A stretch of DNA of 63,887 nt, the filler included, from Thraustochytrium aureum (taxonomy: Eukaryota), in NCBI GenBank assembly GCA_012862495.1. It is 6 parts of 5 records of this genome, joined end to end, with 100 filler letters (N's around TTAATTAATTAA, not from the genome) between each part and the next. Parts side by side here need not be neighbours in the genome. Positions count along the whole stretch, not along the records: positions 41,970 to 60,623 come from BLSG01000249.1; positions 60,724 to 62,454 come from BLSG01000254.1; positions 62,555 to 63,887 come from BLSG01000257.1; 3 more parts are not named here. One strand, 5' to 3'. The position numbers and the translations under genes are program-made. Under the pieces are notes generated by a model. That model made no database searches. It was not told the origin of the DNA and saw only the letters and a program-made list of their open reading frames with translations. Below, in pieces: positions 58,468 to 63,887 of this stretch (the first letter of the stretch is position 1; each line of letters opens with the position of its first letter).

Positions 58468-59304
58468 TTACAAATTGCTGGTGACGTCGCGGCGCTCTTT
58501 CGCGTAGCTCGTGTAGAATTTCTCGTAAAACTCTGGGGACTGCGACGTTGCCTTGAAGGCAGGGCGCGATTTGCACGCCTCATAAGCAGCCAGCAGGCGA
58601 TCCGTGTCCTTTCCGCCCTCGGGCAGCGGGTCAAAGCCGCGCCAGTACGGCAGCGTCGCGCTAAAGCGGTCGAGGAACGTCACGATAGCAAGGTCAGCGA
58701 AGGAAAAGCGTTCGCCGAGAAAGTACGGTCCCTCGCTCTGCGCGGCAAAGATGTCGTTCACAGCCTTGAGCCCGCTCTGCACAGCCTTGACGAGCTCGCC
58801 GTCCTTGGAAGCGTCCTGGTTCATGAGAAGGCGGTACATAGCCGGAATGCACTTGTTACCAAAAGCGTCCACCACGAAGCGCACGTTGGCGCGGTCGAGC
58901 GGGGCCTTGGGCATGAGCTTGGTCCCCTTCTCGGGGTACTTGTCGTCCAGGTACTCTGCGCAGATGAGCGACTCGAACACCGACTCGCCGTTGTCGATCA
59001 GGCACGGCACCGTCCCCGCCGGGTTGACGTCGCGCGCGTACCAAGCCGGTTTCGTCTCGCCGAGCTCGATGTGCACATAGTCAAACTGCCCCTCGAGGCC
59101 TTTCTCCATCATGGCCCACCACGCGCGGTGGCCAAACGGGCAAACCCTGTTGTTAAACAGCACCAGCTTGCCCTTCGTCTCCACCTCGGCCATCGACTGC
59201 ACAACGCGGCCCTCTGGCCCGAGCTGCTTGAGGGCGCCGCCCGAAACGCTGCTGCTCATCTTTCGCGCGACTGCTCCAAGGCTCGCACGCAATACCTGGC
59301 TCAT
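58468..59304 (-). CDS. Cys-containing glutathione S-transferase (omega/lambda-like)
   Basis: RVCPFGHRAW (CPF active-site Cys), KPAWY..VNPAGTVPCL, ESLICAEYLDDKYP, GPYFLGERFSFADL; ends SNL*. Confidence 0.9.
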   Translation of the reverse strand: MSQVLRASLGAVARKMSSSVSGGALKQLGPEGRVVQSMAEVETKGKLVLFNNRVCPFGHRAWWAMMEKGLEGQFDYVHIELGETKPAWYARDVNPAGTVPCLIDNGESVFESLICAEYLDDKYPEKGTKLMPKAPLDRANVRFVVDAFGNKCIPAMYRLLMNQDASKDGELVKAVQSGLKAVNDIFAAQSEGPYFLGERFSFADLAIVTFLDRFSATLPYWRGFDPLPEGGKDTDRLLAAYEACKSRPAFKATSQSPEFYEKFYTSYAKERRDVTSNL

Positions 59305-59499
59305 AGATTTTCCGCGGCCTCTTGCTCCTGTCTGCTACGCGCCTTGTGCTTCTGCCGATGCTGACGGTGTTCGGGGTCTGCCTTCTTGTCCTGGAGGTCG
59401 GTGGGTGCCATCGGGGGATGGTGCCATTCTGCCGAGATGAAACCAGCTCGGCGCATCGTAGAGTGCTTGCCGCACGGCGCCGTTCTCGCAGGAGCGAAC

Positions 59500-60623
59500 T
59501 CCGGCCGCGCATGGTAGCTGCTCCAGGAGGCGAGCAGCGTTTACAGGCCGCGACGGTGTCTTCGCTTGTCCAGTGCGCTTTGTCCAGGATGCTCGTTTTG
59601 GCCGGCCGTGCGGGTCGCCGTGCTCTGGCAGGCGCGCAACTTGCCCCACGGTCCACCGTGCGCACGAGGAGCTGAATGTGTTGCTTGCTGTTGGCGAGGA
59701 CGCGCAGTGGAGGTCGCTTGGGGGGGGATCGGTGCGCTCGTTGAACGGCGCCGAGTGCTGCGCCTAGTCGGCGTTGATGTCGCCGCCTCCGCGACCTCGC
59801 TGAGACGCTCGTGGGCCAGGTGCCGAGGTCGGCGAAGCCAGGTTCGACCGCTCGGGGGAAAGCGTCGCAACCGAGCTTGCTTCGATCGATGTGGCGAAAC
59901 GTCGCCAGCCCCGGGCGCGACCCGAGGTCGCCAAGGTCCGTTTGGCGCGGGCGCACAAGTTGGATGTCGCGACCGCCGAGGAAGGCGCATCGCTTGCTCT
60001 GGACCCCGCGCCGGTGCTATACCGCCTCGGTCAAGATAGCGCGCTCGACGATCGCTGCGCAGAACTGCAAAGCCAAGTTTGCCAAGATGCTCGCCTCGCG
60101 GGTGCACGAGTTGCCAAGTTCAGCTATGCAACGAGGGACGTCAACCTCTGTCGCAGCGAGATCGAGGACGATCGCACTCAGCTTCGCTCCGCTTTGCTTG
60201 GGTTCTTTTGATTGAAACGCTGACGCAGAGACCGCCGCGGCTGCCGACGCGGAGGCGAAAAAGCGAGAACGTGTTGAAACCGTCCAGACAGTCGTGGGCG
60301 CAAGCTGGAAGGAAGGCGTTTGGTTGCCCTGTGTCCATAGGTAGCGCACGGAAACTGCGGACTTTCCAGCGTCGAGATGCTGCTCTGCCAGTCGAGTTCG
60401 AGTCGTGTTCTGTGCAATCTCCGCACTAGTGACGAGTGCTGGGACTCGCCACAGCAAGAGCGCTCAATGCCTCTCGGCGCGCAAGGCAACGCGAGGTGCC
60501 GAAGCCGACACTTTTGTCAAGGCCGTTCTGATGCTCTTTCGAAGCAGGCCCACATCTTCTGAAGTGATGCATGGCGAGCCTGCTGGCCGACTGAAAACCG
60601 TCACATTCCGTCCGCGTCGCGTG
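59500..60623 (-). CDS. Possible fragmented hypothetical gene (boundaries uncertain)
   Basis: Overlapping minus-strand open frames with protein-like composition (e.g. 60017-60457). No motif recognised and the strand is not certain. Confidence 0.25.
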
Positions 60624-60723
60624 NNNNNNNNNNNNNNNNNNNNNNNNNNNNNNNNNNNNNNNNNNNNTTAATTAATTAANNNNNNNNNNNNNNNNNNNNN
60701 NNNNNNNNNNNNNNNNNNNNNNN
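60624..60723. other. Artificial scaffold spacer
   Basis: TTAATTAATTAA at 60668-60679. Confidence 0.97.
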
Positions 60724-62454
60724 GCACTTGGAGTTGGCAATGCACTCCAGGTGGTGGAAGCGCCCGCAGGTAGGCTCGCAGCACGCGTGCACGCCGTCCG
60801 CTAGACCAGCCATCCCGCTCTCGTTACACAAGCAGCACGTGTAGCAGCCCTTCTGGCAGTCGGGGCAAAACCACTCGTCCTTGCTCTCGACGTCCTTGCG
60901 CGCCTCTGAGGAAAGGCACTTGACGTGGAAAGCACGCTTGCAAGGGCCCTCGCAGATGAAGAGTTCGCCGCCGTCAGAGCACAGTGCGCAGACGTCAGTC
61001 ATGTGGTCCGCCAGGAGCTCCTCTGGCGCCTCCTCTTCTCCTGCCTCAATGTCCGAGCCGAGGCTCGCGTCGCCCTCGGCCGCATCATCATTGAAAAAAC
61101 CTTCGTCCTCCTCCCATTCGGCGTACTTGGACCGCTTGCTCTGCTTGCGCTTCGACCGCGAGCCGTCAACGCTGTCAGACTCGCGGTTGTCTCGCGCGGC
61201 TCCGTTGGCGTCTTTCGCACGCCGGCGCGCCGGTGGGGCGGCGTCCCCGGCGTCGCTGTCAGCGTCGCTGAAAAGCTCGTCGTCGAGAACGAGGTTGTTG
61301 GAGGCGCCGCGGCGCGCGCGGCGCTCGCGCATCCCCTCAATCCTCGAGAGCCAGCGCGTGGCCAGTTCGGTGTACGGTTTGGAATCCCTGTTTTCTGCCT
61401 GGAAAGAGTCGCGGCCAAACGTGTTGCGCATGTTGCTGATCTGCACGAGCAGCGCAGTTGTGGTCTCCATGTCGTGCTCATTGACGAGCTCGCCCGCAGT
61501 GCGCTGCTCGACGATGTCGCGGACCAGCACGCGCACGTCTTCCATGAAGGCCTTGCGCTTGTCCTCGTGTAGGGCAAGGCCGCCCGCCTCGGTCTGGTCG
61601 TTAAGCTTGCTCAAGAGGCTGTCAGGCGTGGCCATGTCCGGCAGCACCTTTTGCCAAAAGTTGGGGTCGTTGACGTCCACTCCATCCTCGCGCTCTGCCT
61701 TGAAGCTGCTCTTGTTGACAGTGTTGTGCTTGAGTTTGTCCAAGGCCGCGCCCGCGCCGCCCTGGTCGTTGACAACCGCGTCAACCTTGATGGTGCGCGC
61801 GTTTGTCTTGAGCAGATCGTCAATATCAGCTCCGACAAACGTCTTGGCGGCCGCGCCGTCATCGTCCTGTAGGTGGTGGTACGCGCCCTCGCGAAGCATT
61901 TTCTCCAGCTCGGCCGGCGAGAGGTCGCGCCCCGTCACGCCCTTGCTCTTTCCGCTGTTGGCGCCGTGAACACCCTCCAACACAGCGCGCTCGAGGCCGA
62001 GCTTGAGGGCGGCGCGCTGCAGCATCGTCTCTTCGTACGTGTTTTTGGTGACGAGGCGAAAGATCTTGACCGCCTTGGTTTGCCCGATGCGGTGCACGCG
62101 CGCCTGGGCTTGAGCGTCGTTTTGCGGGTTCCAGTCGCTGTCGAAGATGATGACCGTGTCGGCGGCCGTCAGGTTGATGCCCACGCCGCCGGCGCGCGTC
62201 GAGAGGAGAAAGACAAACGACCCACTAGTTGGGTCGCTGAACCGGTCGATCGCGGCCTGGCGCACGTTGCCGTGCACGTTGCCGTCGAGCCGCTCCACGG
62301 GGTACCCGCGCCCGTGGCACAGGTACTCGAGGAGGTCGAGCATGCGCACGAACTGCGAAAAAATGAGAACTTTGTGACCCTCCGCCCGCAGCTTGGGCAA
62401 GAGCTTGTCCACCAGCACCATCTTGCCCGAGCTCCGGATCCCGCGCTCCAGCTC
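60724..62454 (-). CDS. Internal fragment of a CHD-type SNF2 chromatin remodeler: helicase C-lobe followed by tandem PHD fingers
   Basis: SGKMVLVDKLLPKLRAEGHKVLIFSQF, FLLSTRAGGVGINL, DSDWNPQNDAQAQARVHRIGQ, RLVTKNTYE, VNDPNFW; then CALCSDGGELFICEGPCKRAFHVKCL...WFCPDC and a second C/H cluster. Open across the whole contig. Confidence 0.92.
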
Positions 62455-62554
62455 NNNNNNNNNNNNNNNNNNNNNNNNNNNNNNNNNNNNNNNNNNNNTT
62501 AATTAATTAANNNNNNNNNNNNNNNNNNNNNNNNNNNNNNNNNNNNNNNNNNNN
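62455..62554. other. Artificial scaffold spacer
   Basis: TTAATTAATTAA at 62499-62510. Confidence 0.97.
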
Positions 62555-62814
62555 CTGGGCGCGGTCAACTCGAAGGGGACGACGACCTTGCTTTTGACTG
62601 GCGAGGGCAAGCGGGCCCACTCCTCGGCGGCGGCTTCCTCGCACCAGATCCGCTACCAAGGTTTTGTGGACACTGCCCAGCGCATCTACCGCGACGAGGG
62701 CCTTCGCGGTTTCACACGCGGCTTGCGCCCGCGCCTCATGGTCAACGCGCCCAGCGTGGCTATTTCCTGGACCACCTACGAGACGCCAAGTCGTTTCTTT
62801 CCGGATACCTGTAA
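62555..62814 (+). CDS. 3' end of a mitochondrial carrier (SLC25, mitoferrin-like); frameshift ~62785
   Basis: RYQGFVDTAQRIYRDEGLRGFTRGLRPRLMVNAPSVAISWTTYE. Adding one base gives ...YETAKSFLSGYL* (TAA 62812-62814). Confidence 0.82.
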
Positions 62815-63278
62815 GCGCGCTGCAGCTGCGGCTGTGGCAGCGCAAATGACTTGTCGTTTATCGCTTCTTTATTGGGGTGGGGGAGGGGGTGGGGGAGGGG
62901 AGGAGGCAATGCCGGGGCCTTGCATTGGTGTCTATGCTTGGTCGCGCAGACAGCGCGTGTGCGGCCGACGTTGCCCGTTCCGCGTCACAAGATGCCTCCC
63001 GAACTTTTTCGTGCTCGGATGGCGAAAATCAGACTTGCATCCCCCCGTTACCTCTTTAGCTTACGACTCTATAGAGGCCTGCCTGGTGCTCTCTCGCGCT
63101 CGCGCTGGGCAGTCGTGCTGGGTCTTGCTCCGAGCTCTGGCGCATGTCCAATGCCGTGGCGCGGCACAGCCGCAGGGCAGCAAAGCCTCTGCTGGCGCGC
63201 GCGCCGCTGGTTTGGCCTTCTGCCGCTGCGCGACCAGCAGGCCGCAGCGCCGGCCGCACTCCTCGCCGAGACTCGCAA

Positions 63279-63773
63279 CTATCTGTCCTTCTTTGGCTCG
63301 GCAGGAACCTCGGCAAGCTGCGGCCGCTCGTCATCTTTCTCCATAAAGGCCGAGACCACGTACGCACCAATCACGAGCTGAACCAATACGATCGCCACAA
63401 GCGCCGACAGCAAGTCCGTGTCGCCGCTGATCTCAAACTTGGGAATGACGTACATCCGCATGCCGAAAAACCCTGACAACGGCAGCACGGCCATCGCGAT
63501 GCTCGCCACGGTCAGCTTGTGCAGCGCCAGCTGGCTCTCGCTCTTTTGGAGCACCTCGAACAGGTTCGTGTACGCGTATCCCTCCGGCAGCGGCCCACTG
63601 TACCCGACAGGCGTCACGCCCAGCGGCAGGTTTTCCAGCCTCTCGGCGCCTCTCTGCTGGGAAATCATCTTGCCCACATCGACCACCTTGCGCACCTCGC
63701 TCCCCTTGCCCTCGGCTGCCGCTTCCTTCTCGTCGCCAGCCGCCGTCCTCGGCAGCCTGGCCCGCGACGACAT
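63279..63773 (-). CDS. VMA21: VMA21-like V-ATPase assembly integral ER membrane protein
   Basis: Two TMs (LTVASIAMAVLPLSGFFG; SALVAIVLVQLVIGAYVVSAF) and C-terminal KKxx ER-retrieval signal (KKDR). Confidence 0.75.
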   Translation of the reverse strand: MSSRARLPRTAAGDEKEAAAEGKGSEVRKVVDVGKMISQQRGAERLENLPLGVTPVGYSGPLPEGYAYTNLFEVLQKSESQLALHKLTVASIAMAVLPLSGFFGMRMYVIPKFEISGDTDLLSALVAIVLVQLVIGAYVVSAFMEKDDERPQLAEVPAEPKKDR

Positions 63774-63887
63774 CGCTTGCAGTTGGAGGCAGCCCGCCCG
63801 CCCGCCTGGCGGCGCGCTCTCCAGCTAGCTCGAGCGCGCAGCCGCGAACCCCGAGCGAGAGCCCGCGAGCGCGTCAAGGCCTTCGCG

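Noticed and set aside
1640..62790. Pervasive single-base frameshifts in conserved genes as evidence of programmed frameshifting, insertional RNA editing or mass pseudogenisation
   Set aside because: Where the correct protein can be inferred, the shifts mostly fall at short homopolymers (GGG for GGGG ~1648, AAAA for AAAAA ~1668, G for GG ~2155 and ~62785, CC for CCC ~24395, C-run ~50790). They share no motif and there are no in-frame nonsense codons. With the many N gaps, this points to homopolymer sequencing error. Comparing DNA reads with RNA reads would settle it.

Overview
Eukaryotic, GC-rich, gene-dense and intron-poor nuclear DNA from a draft assembly. It is most compatible with a stramenopile protist such as a thraustochytrid/labyrinthulomycete; this is inferred from gene content and style, not proven. 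The window is not one locus. Five artificial 100-nt spacers (44 N + TTAATTAATTAA + 44 N) split it into six pieces (about 1-6136, 6237-23101, 23202-41869, 41970-60623, 60724-62454, 62555-63887), so gene order across spacers may be meaningless. There are many internal N gaps and many single-base frameshifts, mostly at short homopolymers, which look like sequencing errors. About 24 protein-coding genes or fragments are recognisable: linker-histone-H1/SWIB fusion, plasmepsin V/ASP5-like aspartic protease, SUFU-like domain protein, TM+SAM-like protein, ALKBH5-like dioxygenase, AP-3 delta, STE20-family kinase, inorganic pyrophosphatase, PP2C, a ~3000-aa ARM/EF-hand-like/RyR-repeat protein, steroid 5-alpha-reductase, ATP synthase OSCP, prolyl-4-hydroxylase-like oxygenase, Nup35, RING-CH ligase, an orphan membrane protein, dynamin-related protein, DDX41, IPC/SM synthase, a double-LtrA membrane protein, a Cys-type GST, a CHD remodeler with C-terminal NSD-type PHDs, a mitochondrial carrier and VMA21. 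Five short GT-AG introns could be placed exactly. I saw no rRNA, tRNA, CRISPR array or transposase, and no multi-gene novel system that I can support. The best leads are unusual domain architectures: H1+SWIB with prion-like repeats, the giant ARM-RyR protein, a bacterial-type SUFU domain, CHD+NSD-PHD and tandem LtrA. All family assignments come from motifs recognised by eye; no database searches were run.
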